64,000 nucleotides of DNA from Asterias rubens. Lineage: Eukaryota. The position numbers and the translations under genes were made by a program. Positions 12,201 to 25,600 of this stretch are shown one piece after another. The stretch lies in the NCBI RefSeq assembly GCF_902459465.1, contig NC_047081.1, positions 1,240,001 through 1,304,000 on the forward strand. Direction: 5' to 3'. Numbering within the stretch: position 1 is the first letter of the stretch; every line of letters begins with the position of its first letter. Below the pieces are notes generated by a model, which was not told the DNA's origin, made no database searches, and was given only the letters and a program-made list of their open reading frames with translations.

Positions 12201-15200
12201 TTCTGTTTTCTACAATCATACACAAGAAGATTATAATATAAATGTACAATCGGAGCTCACGGTTGTCGTGACTTACGTACCTCCTGCTTCGGAGGGTACT
12301 TGGGCCGCGATTGGTGTTGCAAAAGCGTTTCCACGATTTTATAATGGCCCTGCTGGGTGGCGACCTCGAGCGGAACGAATCCGCCCTATGGGGTTTGGGA
12401 TGGGTGGTCGAAGGGGGTAGGTTGTGGTTAATGGTGCAGAGGAAGGGGGGACGGGTGGGTATGCAACGCCAAATGTTTAAACATAATTCATTTTGTTCCC
12501 ACAGCATGCGTGTATAAGAGAAAGACAAGACATTAATAAAGAGTGAAAGGGGAAAGGTATACATATAAACAAATGCAGGTCCAAAATACCACAATCAGAC
12601 GAAACTCGGTGTTGATGAAAAGTTTGAAAATGATATTTTGTCGCAAATTATCCAAAGTTTTTGAAAAAAAGTAACAAATCAAGTTAGCACGTTTTTTGTT
12701 TTCAATCAACTTGTCTCCTCAAACTTGAGGATTGGAATTATCAAAACATTTAATATTAATTTTTAGCAAACAATATACAGTTTAAAAATTATTTTGTTTA
12801 AATTAGAAGATTTTCAGGCACCAAAAGCTTGTTAAAACATATCATTTTTTCAATCTGGAATTAAATTCACAGCAATCTTACCACCCTCAAGTAATAATCC
12901 ACACTGGGTAAAAGTTTAAATAGTTTTGGGATTAATGTTTAGGAACTCTACCACCTGAGCTATCTAGCCCTTTGTGGGCGGTCCCCTATTGTGTCTAAAT
13001 CTTTGTTCAGGGGGTGCCAGTCAGAAGCTGATCTTAGCCTCCTAAATTGTATGCCCCAATCTCCACATAAACGGACAAATATTGCTACTGTTTTGACTGA
13101 TTTTAAAGAAAACTTGTTTTATGTGTACTTGAACTTGCCAACTGGGGCCAATTTCATAGAGCTTCTTCAGCACAAAAACCAGCTAAGCGCAAACCAACTT
13201 TGCTTAGCCGAGAGGGGTTACCAGCCAAAGCACCATGTTATGTACATAGTTTGTGCCTGGTACCCTGCTTATTTGTGCTTAGCAGACATTTTGTGAATCA
13301 GAAATTCTATGAAGTTGGACCAAGATAATTGGGTCCAAGTCACAAAGGGGTTGAAATCTTTATGGGGTTTTGTTCGGGAGGTGGGGAAGGTTAGAGGTGT
13401 TAAGACGTTCTTACCTCCGTCGCAAGGTTCTGGTTGGCGTTATTGTTCAGTAGATATTTGACGACCTCCTCATGGTTCTCCTGGGCGGCCATGTACAGCG
13501 GAGTGAAGCCGCTCTGCGGTTATGAAAAACGGTGAGTTTTAAGTGAGAAACAATCACCGCGAACATCCAGTTGTGACGTCAGAATTTGCTTGGCATCATT
13601 GAACTTTAAAAGTAAAGTCTGTCCCGAGCCAAAATGGCTCATCAGGCCGGTGAATACATAAGATTTCATTGGTATTTAACGACTGAGGACATTTCTATAG
13701 ACCGTATTGAATAACCACTTTTTGCTATAAAAGTCGCCATCTTGTAGGGCAAACTATATGCGCGTCCAAACGCGTACATCATCGAAGCACGCAGTACGCA
13801 ACATTCCCGGTTTATTTCTACAGCACATGCACGCGCGCACACACGCACGCACATGCGCACAGACACCATCTTGTAGGTCAGATATTTGAACAGTGACATC
13901 ATATTCAATACAGTCTATTCCCCCTGGACAGGATGCCAGTCCATCGTAAGTTACTACCCAGCTCTCGCTGCTCTAAAACACAAACGAGAAAACTACATGT
14001 ATCGTAAGAGGAAATCTAGATAGTATTTTAAAAACAAACGGCAAAAACAGCACACCGCATCCCAAACACTGCACAAACAAAACTAGACAATGTAAAAAGG
14101 TAGATACAAAAATGAAAGCTTACCACGGATTTCCGTATTTATTCCCCCTCACAATTCAATAACTAAATGCCGTTTGGAAATATATTATTCTACCCTGTCC
14201 ACAGTTATTATTTGTTAAAACTAACTCATTAGCATAGGGAGCTTTCCCCTTGACATTAGAATAAAATATAACCCGATTATTTCATTATAAGTTTATGATC
14301 TCCTATTAATTAAACATTAACTTGCTGATTTATTATTTCCAAGTTAAAGTTAGTTGACGCTTTACCAAAACATTAGTTACCATCAAGTTCAACTACCACC
14401 TTTGAACCCTCGTACTGTTTACGTTCTAAAATTCCCCCATTAGCATTTTGTAAACTACTTTTGTTACTACTCTCAGAAAAAGGAAAAAAACAGTGCAGAA
14501 TCTAATACATGTTTTAGTTGTTGCAGTACCAGCAACTAAAATATAGAATTTGAACTGCCTCTAGTTACCACGCAATCTAAGTGGTCTAGTGTTATGAAGT
14601 CCCACAATGTAATTCCTAGCCAGTGCCCATTTTCATACAGTTGCTTAGGCATAACAAGTAGCTAAGCAAAACAAAATCATGTTAAGCAGAATAAGGTTAC
14701 CAGCCAAAATACCATGTCACATGTACAACTTGTGACTGGTACCCTGATCCTTTTTGCTTAGCAGGAAATTGTTGAGCAATCTCTGCTAAAAGCAGCACCA
14801 TAAAATTGGACCCTGGTCTTTGCTCTGACTATCTTTGCGAGCAAAATAATTATTTCTTCTAAACTACTTCTACTAGCTGCAGTCCTTTACAGAGCAATGA
14901 CAATGACTCTGTTGAAAAATAATTAGTAAATTACCGCCTAGTTTCGTAAACTCAAGATTGTACACCTCTATGCTAATCAGCGGTTCCTTTCTTCAAATAA
15001 CATCTCAAGTCACATTTATTTTAGGTCGAATAGGATGTACAACTTTGCCCAAGTCAAGACAAGTCACAATATGAATGTTTGAAGAAAATAATAACAAGTT
15101 AAAAGATTATGATTATTTTTTATTTTTTTCTCCTTTTATTTTGTTTCCTCCCCCCCTTTTTTTTTTTTTGGGGGGGTTCAGTACAAGGCAAGTCAAAGGT

Positions 15201-18200
15201 CAAATTTGTCCATGCAATGTCAGAGGTCATTATTTTACCTGATTTATACCTTAGTAAAGTAATGCTGTAGACTATTCAGTTAATCTTCAAGATACCAATT
15301 GATAGTTTGAGCATAATTATGTTCTCATTAATATTCAAATTAATCCCAGATACTACTTAAAACCACTTCAGCTCCGCTCAGTGTCTTGTCACTTCAGAAG
15401 GCAAAAAAGTTGGCAATGAGGTGAAAAAGCTTGTGATAGGCTGCTTTATGATTGGTGCAAAATGAAAAACAGAGGCTCTGATTGGTTGTCGGCTGATGAG
15501 TGGCTCGACCAATCCGCTTGGCTTACCTGTACACCTGGCTGCTTTTGTTTGTTGTTGCGAATCTAAGAGTGTCAAAATCAAGGTTGTGTTTTTTGGTTTC
15601 CAATATTTAAAGACTCTTAATGCGTTTAGATGGCAGCAGACATAATCAGATACTAGACGATTTCGCAAACACTACAAATGCGTAGGTTAGCTATTGAATG
15701 AAGTGCAGACAGGTCTAACAAGAAACCAAAACTTGTAATATGTGCACTTTCCCAGTATTTGCGAAATTATGTACCCACGATATCTACTGCCACCGTGCAT
15801 CCCAAAGTTTCCCACTGTTACACACTCAAAAACTTGTCTAAGCCATTTCCATTCAGAGTTCATCAAATCCTTGGTGTTTCGACGTTTGCCGTGAAATGTT
15901 GCTCGTCCAAAGCAGATGAAAGTTGTAAAAATTATTACCACAAGCAGAAGAATTTGATTAAAAAAAATATGAAAAAATCATCTGAAGATTATCAAAGAAA
16001 TTGCTGTAGTATGAATCAGGCGAGATATTTGGTCAAAGGAAAAAAGTAGATTTTTTTTTATCTAGTACAAGGGCTGACCTGGGGTCGATTTCACAAAGAG
16101 TTAGGACTCATCTTATCGCAAGTTAGGCGAGTAACTCGTCTTAACTTGGGATTTATCTTAAAGTCTGCATGCTACAGTGCAGGGTTGGGACTCGTCCTAA
16201 GTCCGAAGATTAGTCTTAAGTTAGGAAGAGTTTTGTGAAATCACAACAGCACACGCAAAGGCTGTGATACACTTTTCAAGTCTTACATGTATTTAACCAA
16301 AAAGCAGAATACGGACTAAAGCAGGAAGAATATCATGGCCCATGAATAGCTGCATGTCTGGAGTAAATATGCACATTTTTAACTCTCAAATGCTTTAAAG
16401 CATTTCAGCAGAGTATCAATTCCCCTTTACTGAAGCCCCACCCACCCCTTTTCATAGTACCGTCGCATTCAAGAACTCTATTTACCTAGAGTAGGATATA
16501 AGGGTAAAAACATAGAATACGAATGAAGAAAAGAATTCAACGAAGAGTTACCTGAGACTGAACATTGACGTTGGCGCCATGGTCCACTAGGGCCTTCACA
16601 ATTGGCTGTTGACCGGCCAATGAGGCGATGTGCAGGGCGGTGTTCCCTTTCTGAAATGGCGAAAGAAACGTACATGTACTTGAAAGAGCCAGTAAGAGCA
16701 ATTTTAATAAATAGGCCCTACATCACTGTAAGGCCACTTTACAGAAGTGTTACTTGACAAAAGCAGTGGCGTTCCATGGCACGAGTGGTTCAGAGCATCG
16801 AACTCAAGCTCTGGGGTTTCTGATCAGCAGAGTGTGGGATATTCAGCCCTCTGTCCCATGTGCTAGGATTGGTAGTGCTTGTCAAAGTACCCAGAACATT
16901 CATTCAAGGGAATACATAGTGCTAGTCAGAGAAGTGTCTGTGTGTCTTTCAAAAACCCTTTTAAAAAATTTGGACACACAGTTTTTCAATTTCCAGCAAA
17001 ATTTTGACACCCTTTACCAAATCCCGGCTAATAATGTGTTCTTTTCTAAACGGAATCTCTCCTCAAAATAAAGCATGCCCCAGACTAACCCCCAAACAAA
17101 TTCCAATGCATTATTCCCCAGCCAGTTGACCTTTCGATAACACGATCTTCATCAACAAAGTCTAAGTACCACAAGTGTATCCAAAATAATGTTCTTTAGG
17201 GACCAGCAATCCACGTGGCTGTGACTATCCTCTTAGAAGGATATTGTCTTTAAATCAGAATGGTTTAAATAAACAACATAAAAACTGAGTCTGTGTTCAT
17301 AGTGGATTTGTGCGTACATCTAATAAAGACAGAGGTTGTTTTGAACCTCCTCCCCTCATCAACTCAATATCGAGGGGGCATGTCGGTTTTATTATTACCC
17401 CGGTTGTTCCTACTGATGGAAACGACACCATCTTGCCCCCCGAAGGGAAGTCGCGGGGGCTTAGTCCGAGTTGGTGCACGCTTAGCTAATCAAACACGAC
17501 CACCTCCGTAAGCCCCTATGGGTTCCGACTGAATGAACTCACCCGAGAGGGGGAACAGCAATTATTGAAATTGCGTCTGGGTCTGGGGACCCGTGATCTG
17601 AACACCCTGTCTGGTGGCGGGCTCGGAAAGAGAAAAAAGGTGAGACGTCTTGAGACGTTATGAGCTGAATGCAGGATTGCTCTCAGCTGCTGCTTTGTAT
17701 GTTCTTTTTTGCGGTTTTTGTTTTCTTCAATAGAAGGAAAGTTCGTGAGATTTTGCTAGACATGCATTAAATTTCGGTGGCCTAAAACTGTTTTTTTTTT
17801 TTCGTTTTTTTTCTTCCCGTTCTTATTTTTTTCTTGAAAACACAAACAGTTTTAAAGGATGTTTGAAGCAGGCATGGTGTAGAAAATAAAGAGTAACTGT
17901 ATGATTTTTTATCAGTTAAATTTGGGTTGAAAAAAGGGAAGTTTGACTAGATCGGGATTTGAACCAACAACCTCCGGACTAACATTAGGCGCTCTCCCAA
18001 CTAAGCTATCTAGCCCCAATGTTAGCGGTTTGCCTATTTTGTCAATATCTTTGTTTGGGGGTTCCAGGTAGAAGGCACACAGCCTGATAGCCCCAGATCC
18101 AGTTAATTCAGAAGGCATTGGTTGAAATCCAGCTCTACATGTAGTTAAGTGTTCTTTGTTCAACCCCAAATTATCTTTGGTATGATTATTTTTAGTATAA

Positions 18201-19601
18201 TATTTTACCTTGGTGGCGGCGTCAACATTAGCTCCTCTCTTCAATAATTCCTTGACGATGTTCAGGTGTCCTTCTTTGGAGCTCAGATGAAGAGCATTCA
18301 AACCATTCTAAAAGACACAAGAGAAGTGAACATTTTGATTAATTAAATAAGTATTTATTAAAAAGGCAAATTGCATCGAATGATTATATTCTGCAACAAT
18401 GCATGATCGAAATGTATCAATGCAGTCAACAAATCATACACCTTCCATAGACCATGTAGACTGGTCAATAGACCGATACACTAAGCTCCGCCCCATTGCG
18501 TATTGACCAATCACAACACAACGAAGGTCCAACAAATAAGGTCCGACATGCGTGCGCGTATCTTGGCGCGCGCGGCAGAGTTGTGCAGAAAGGCATTGGA
18601 AAGCCCCACGTGTTCTTGCTCACACGTGCGTCGTGGGCAGAGCCTACTGGATCGGTCTATTGTTTAGACTGCAGGACTTGCACTCACAAAGTTGTGGGTT
18701 TGAATCCTACTAAGTATTGCCGTCTAGCTACTGAGTCACGATTTATTGATTAGTGCAATATCATAATCATAGATGTTAAAAACAATGTTAGTATGAGAAA
18801 GAATTGTTGTTGCCAGCCTGGTGCATATCCCCATTGTGAGAGTTTGCAGAGTTCCCTTGGTGGGAAGATCATCTAAACAAAAAAACAAACAAACAAACAA
18901 TTCTGAACCTTGCAGAAGAGCTTGATACATTTAAACTTCCGACTGACAGCATGTCTCATTGTGTTCTTCTTAATTTAAAGCCTGTCTTTTTGGTCCTTCC
19001 ACAACCCAAGTCGCCCTCGGCAAACCCTGGTCGTAAGGGGGTCCAAATCACTACTAACAGCCATTTGAGGGGCCAATCATCAGAATCACCTGCTGTAATA
19101 AGCATCTTAAATTATGCAAGGGCCCTCCGAGCAAACTGATAAGACTTGTCAAAGAAAACGCCGGGAAGTTAGGTAGAATCTCTTGAAAAAATTTATCATG
19201 AAAGGATGTTAAGAATTTTCTGGAATGTTCGAACACATGGAAGGTTACAGCTTGCACAAATGAATACATTTAATATCTTCAAAGCTCTTTTTTGTGTGTG
19301 TTTTCCCGTTTTTTCCCCATTTTTTTTTTGGTTTGTAAATTTATTGTAAGAATCATTGGTGATAACCATTGGCCAATTTCATCACGCTAATTTGAAGAAC
19401 AACAATATTCTGCTAAGCAGGAATTGATCACCAGCAAAAATGTGTATAAAGCGAATACCTGATTCTAAACATGCTAATAAGTATTCGGCCTGAGCAGATT
19501 TCTTGTTTATGTTATAATGTTTCTTTGTTGTGTTTTTTTTTTTTTTTTTCTTAGCCTTCGAGAAAGATTCTGCTAGGATCAAAACTATTTTTTAATACCA
19601 T

Positions 19602-19642
<41 letters not shown>

Positions 19643-22600
19643 AGGAAGGTCCACCACCATCCAGATTTAAGTGACTAATCAATGCCTATTCTTTTTTACC
19701 TTGATCAGTTGTCCTTCCATAGCCAGCGTTTTGCAATTGTGGTACTCCACAATCAATACTCGTTAGTGGTAACCAGTCCTAAACGATCGCAGATCTACGT
19801 GTACTACAAACATGTCAGCCAAACACAATTTTTTAACTGGCTGTGAGACAGACTGTGTATAATACACACACCTTAGCTGTACTGAAGAATGTAACCCTGA
19901 AACCCTGAAGATTTAAGACATGTACACAACTGTACATGTACCTGTATAAATCCATCTGAACTTACAGACATGTCGTCCATGTACAAAATTTAAAGTGACT
20001 GTGAAACAGACTGAGTAGACATACACACCTTAGCTAAATGTATACCCTGTCTCCTGTCTCACTAAAGATTTATGACAAGCACACAATTGTACCTGTATAA
20101 ATCAATCTGAAATTAATGTGATGTAACGTGTCATTGACCTGTGTTGGGAGTGGGGGGGGGGGGGTCTCTAAAGTTTCATTTCATGTCAATAAATGGGTCA
20201 GCTTCAAGTAAACAAGGAATTGGCGCTTACAGATGCGGGGAATTTCACTGGTTAGAAAATAATTCTTGCTTGCCCGTGCGAACTCCACTTTACTAGGCAT
20301 TCTTTGTTCACATAGCTAACGCAGAAATTCTGTATTTAATCTAGCATACCCGTACACGTATGACCAAGGAGTGAAATTGACCAATGGGACGACATTCCAC
20401 AGTTCCTAAAGTCAGCTCAGGCATGTTGTTATATGCCAGCCAAACAACCACATCTTGCACGCTTTGTCGATTAGACAATTTAGTGCACAGCAGTCAAACG
20501 AAGATGGACATCGATCACGTGATGATAGTGGAGGCAAGAATAAACCAACTAGATTTAATTTCTCTTTGGCCCTTTATACCTTCTGCTTGACCATGGAAGG
20601 TATAATCCAATCAGATTGCTTGTCTGATAAGTAAGCGTGCATGGCTAACGTCACAAAGCCGCTATTGCTTATCTACCGACCAATCTGATTGGTCGTGACA
20701 CGATCGACAGGTAAGTTGTCGGGACTTATAGCCGGGGAGCCGAAAACACTTGAATTTTCAAGCGATCAAGTAATTTCAAATCTAAATCATAATCCAGTGT
20801 GGTAAGTTTAGCTTCATGCGAGACTTGAGCAAGTGAAAGAATGTGAGGAGTTCTTGCAAGGACTATCAGCTTGTCTGTTCACGGTGATTTGGAAAATGTA
20901 AAGTGCATTGAAATTATAATTATTGATGATACAAATGAACTGGTTATTGTCCATAAGGCAGTATTACATTTAGTTATGTAATACACTATCACAATTTGTA
21001 AACAACTTATAAATGTTCTGAAAACCGCCTCATAATTTTCATGCTAGAGTTAGAAGTAAGGGTTACGGATTAAGAACAAGAAAATATATACTAGGAGTGT
21101 CGGAACATAGGTGGATCGGAACATTGGAAGCATAATGGACAGAATAGAAGGTGCAAGAAGGGAGAAAAAGTAATATCAAAATTTGCAACAAATATTATAA
21201 AAACTTGATGTATATCCACCTCATCGTAGCACCCATCAATCAGACCTCTCATCAGACACTGGAATATCTCATCCAGAATCTGTTTTTGGCGCTTATTGAA
21301 GTCTGCGTCCAAGCGGAACTTGTTCGGTACCTCCACGGTCATCTTCCCGAGAAGTTTCAGCTCGCGCATTATCTCCATAGTGCTGGCCATTTTTAAAAAC
21401 TCTTATGTTGCGGATTAATTTCCTTGAGTGGTGTCCCCGTGAGTTTCAGAGTTTGCTGTAAGGGCGTCGCTGAATTCCAACTTCCAAGTTATTCCAAGGA
21501 GTCTCTTAACAGAGATATAATGTACGTGTTGTTGATAAAAACAATCCTTCTTTGATATTTTCTGAAGTTCCAAGCTCTGAAAGGCTCTCTTTCCCAATCT
21601 TTAATGTTCTTGTAGTTGATTAAAAATCCTACTTTGATGGTCCTTTTAAAAACTTATCACAGAAAGAAGCTTCCTTCTACAGGTTTGTAGACCGAAAGAA
21701 GTCAACACTTGCAAATGATATTTTCCATGAAAATAAAGAAATGTTTGGTATCTCTGATTGTTTTTTTTTTTTTTCCCAGGACAAATCTTAAAATCTCACT
21801 TTCCGGGAACAGGCTGGTTCGTAAGTGTTTGGCACACACACAAGTCGAGTATCAAAATATATTTGCATCCTATATATACAGGTAATATTGGAGTTTTTTT
21901 CCCGATGTTTGACATCCAATTAGAGAAGGTACAAGTTGCCGTGGCAACCCGTAATAAGGCACAATGTTAGCGAGTTACGGCGTTAGTTGCAATCGAGTCC
22001 GAGTCTGTGTTTCTTCTGATGACATCAGTGTCTGTAAATCTTCCCGGCTGAGTTCCAACTCGCCGAAAAAATGGACGGCGTGCAATTTGTAGAATGTTGA
22101 ACACCTCTATGAGAAAAAGTGCAGGGTGAATCCTCAACAAACAAGTGTTGTTGTTCAGTTCAAAGCAGTCCACACGTGTATTGTTTGCCGCTTGATTCAG
22201 GATTAACTGTAGTCGAGCAAACACGAAGCCTAGACCACACTGATGAATTTTAATCACCGCCTCAAATCAGAAGTGTTAACGACAGTGATACATTTGATCG
22301 AGACTCTAATAAAAAATGAGAGGGGGGGGGGGGTACAGAAAGAAATGATATTTCCTGTGCGTGAATTGTGTCTCAACACGCTCTGCTGACAATAATCCAG
22401 ATGGATTGATCATTCGTTCCGACGTGAATGTTGAAGGGGGAAGCATCAATTCATGAGACGAAGTGTGCTTCTAACCTTATAAAACACATTGAATGCTGAA
22501 CCAGTCGGTCCGTCATGTATTCACATCGTCTTTGTCCCCCTACAGTTTGCATAGGAGATTTTTACGAGAACTTTCTTCGAAGGCCACCCTTTGGAAGGTA

Positions 22601-25600
22601 ATTTCTAATTCAGCGTTCGTTGATTTCAAATTCTTTCGCTTTTCCGTCGTCGGAGCAGAGTAATCTGGATTAACAGAGATAATTTCGCACCCAGTACGTG
22701 GATTATAAAAAAACACTAATCCTCACGGATAATCATTTGCAAAAGGCACACTGTGTAAAACTATTTGTAGACAAAATATCCTGGAAGGCTTTGATTTATA
22801 GTAAGGTGCACCCGAAGACGACACAACAATCCGGCAGGTCAGCCGAGGAAGATGCAGAAGAAGAAAACAAGCGGCTGTTGTTTTTTTTATCCACTGGGTG
22901 ATCGCTCCTCGTTCCTTTCACTCCAAAACATCTGAGGAGAAACAGAGGTCTAAGAATCCCCTTAGGGTAAATGAAGACATCAAAGCAAGGTGGAAGATTT
23001 TTTCTCTCTTTCTCGGTGACCGCAAACGGACAGATGATAAAGAAGGGTTCCAGTAGCACGACTCTCTCACAAACCAACCTGTCCCGACATCTTCTCCCCA
23101 AAATTTCCACTGATTTCAGCTTGAATTCCCATCACGCTGAGCCGTGGAGTCCGCAGAGTAAATACTAATGATTGGATATGTTTACAACCCAAGCCATTCG
23201 GGCGAATTTACTTCCCCAAACCACTGCGCCGAGATTGCTATGCATGTGTGCTGCCTATTGCCGATAGTGTCTAGCGCTCCACTCCTATATTACATTACAC
23301 ACTCATGATAGTGATAGGCAGTCGTCCACACACACACACACACACACACGCCAGTCACAGTGCATCCTGGGTAATTACTCGTTTCCCGTGATTCAGCAAC
23401 TAGGTTCCTCTCCGAAGGTCTAGGGACGGTAGCCTCTCACCGAACGAAAAAAAAAAAAAAAAACCTGGCCCCGGTCGGGAGGGAAATAATTAGTAAGTAT
23501 TGACTTTTCACTCAATCCGTTAATTATCCCCTCACAGCTACTGGTGGTGCAGCTCAACTGGGCCGACCAATGTCATCTCGTAACTGTTCATTTTCAACAA
23601 CGAGGCCTTCCTCCAACTGCATAAACCTTCGGATGAAGCTACGCAAACAATTAGCCTAAACTCCGAAAGCCAATAGGCAGTGTCCTAAATAGACTAGTTG
23701 AGTAACCTCGAACTTCCTTTAGGCGTGGGCGCTCTTGCTGTGCGGGGAAAATTAAAGAACACTCGCTGGATACCTTGGTTTTAATCGCCCTGGCAAACAA
23801 CCAAACTACGTGGGGAATTAAACTTGAAGTGTTTACAATGACCCAAGGCCGTTGCTATTCAAGTGAAAGTTTATGGTACACTAAAATTGACGGTCATTAT
23901 CATTGGCCGTCCCTGGTAATATCCATTCTACGTGTTAATGTCTGTGTAGATTCTGAACGAGGACACGACAGCAGCATATTTTGTACAGCTCTTAAAGGGA
24001 ACTCATACCTTTTGTTTTGGGAACAGTTAGATTTTTAAAATCCTATATATCCAATATACAATATAACTAGCCTGTGAGAATTTTCATTTCAAAAGGTGGT
24101 AGTGTTTAATAATTGAACGGTTCAAAAAACAAACTGCATCTTTAGGCGTATTCCCTATAACAACAGCTATAATGAGGCCAAAATATGCAAATTAAGCAAG
24201 TCAATGATTATTACATAACAGGACTACTATAAGTGCCCATGTAGCCAGAAAATAATCAATGTTCTTCACTGATTGACATATCTAGGGTAAGAGCTTAATT
24301 TGCATAATGGGTGTTGTCAATATTTATGCAAATGAAGTAAAGTAAAGAGCATTGCAACTAGATCAATGTTCATTCGATGTGTCATTTCTGAACACAGTGT
24401 TTTGTTTGAAGAGAACATGTATGTGTGCTTTGATGAAGTAGGGATTGAAATGTTTACTACACTACAAACCTGAGGCCAGCACCTTGAAGCATTGGGCCAG
24501 TAAAAATAAGCTTGTCCAATCGTGATTTTACTGGCCCAACACTAAAAGTGCTGGCCTCAGCCCGACGGTTTCGTCTTTTTCAGTTGACCAATAGACTGCA
24601 TTGCATATGTTGTCACCGTTCAAATACCTGCCCTACAATATTGCGTCTGTAAGCATGTGTGCCGTAGAAATCAAACCGAGAATGCTCCGTGCTTCATTGA
24701 TGTACGCATGTATACGCGCATACGGTTTGACACAAATGTTTGTAAAAATGTTTGTATTGTGATTGCTTTTGTTCAATGTTTGAAACATTTTTATACAAAC
24801 AATACACAACTCGATTGTCAGTTCTCCTTTAAGTGAGGAGTAATAGATTGAAATGAAATGTGCTTAAGTAGATCTAATAAAAAAAACTCTTGCGCTTTTC
24901 AGGAAATCTGACAATTTTGTTTTAAAAACTACACAAAAGCGCTTCACGTTCAGCAAACATTTGAGCTCCTTTTCCTGTAGCCACATCTGGGCTCGATTTC
25001 ACAAAGCGCTACGATTGATCTTAAAGATGGGTATCAATGTTAATTGCTAAGTGTGATGTCACCAACCACCATGGTGATATTGATCACCATGGTGATATTG
25101 ACAGCTCGTCTTAAGAAGAATCTTAGTGCTTTGAGAGATCGAGCCGTGGACATACATTGTTCCCTCAGAATCTGAGGTAAATGGACTACAAAGTTCACCT
25201 AAAATAAAATACTTTGTAATGTTTAGTGTTTATAACTTGTCCCCAGCTATTTTTTTTATGAAATTGATCCATGTGCCCAATTTCATAAAGTCTGAAGGCA
25301 AAATAACTTGCTATGCACAGAAATATCTTGCTTAGCAGAAACAGATTACCAACCAACATTCCATGAAGTTTACATTGTTGTGACTGGTGCCCCACTAAAT
25401 GTTTAGCAAAGAAATTTGCTAAGCACTATGTTACTAAGCACCATTCCTGCTCAGCAGCTTCATGGAAATTCAGCCCCAGTCCATCACTTCACAAAATTAT
25501 AAATTTGTCAGCGTGCACTTTTTTTGTCACGTCTCTTTACAAACGGTCTACATTTATTTTAATTAATCGGCACGCTTTCACTCTGGATTGCTCTCTCTCT

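Noticed and set aside
12004-12594. 196-aa minus-strand ORF, the longest in the track
   Set aside because: Its length is largely explained by the AG-free zone; the ankyrin-like peptide is in a different frame.
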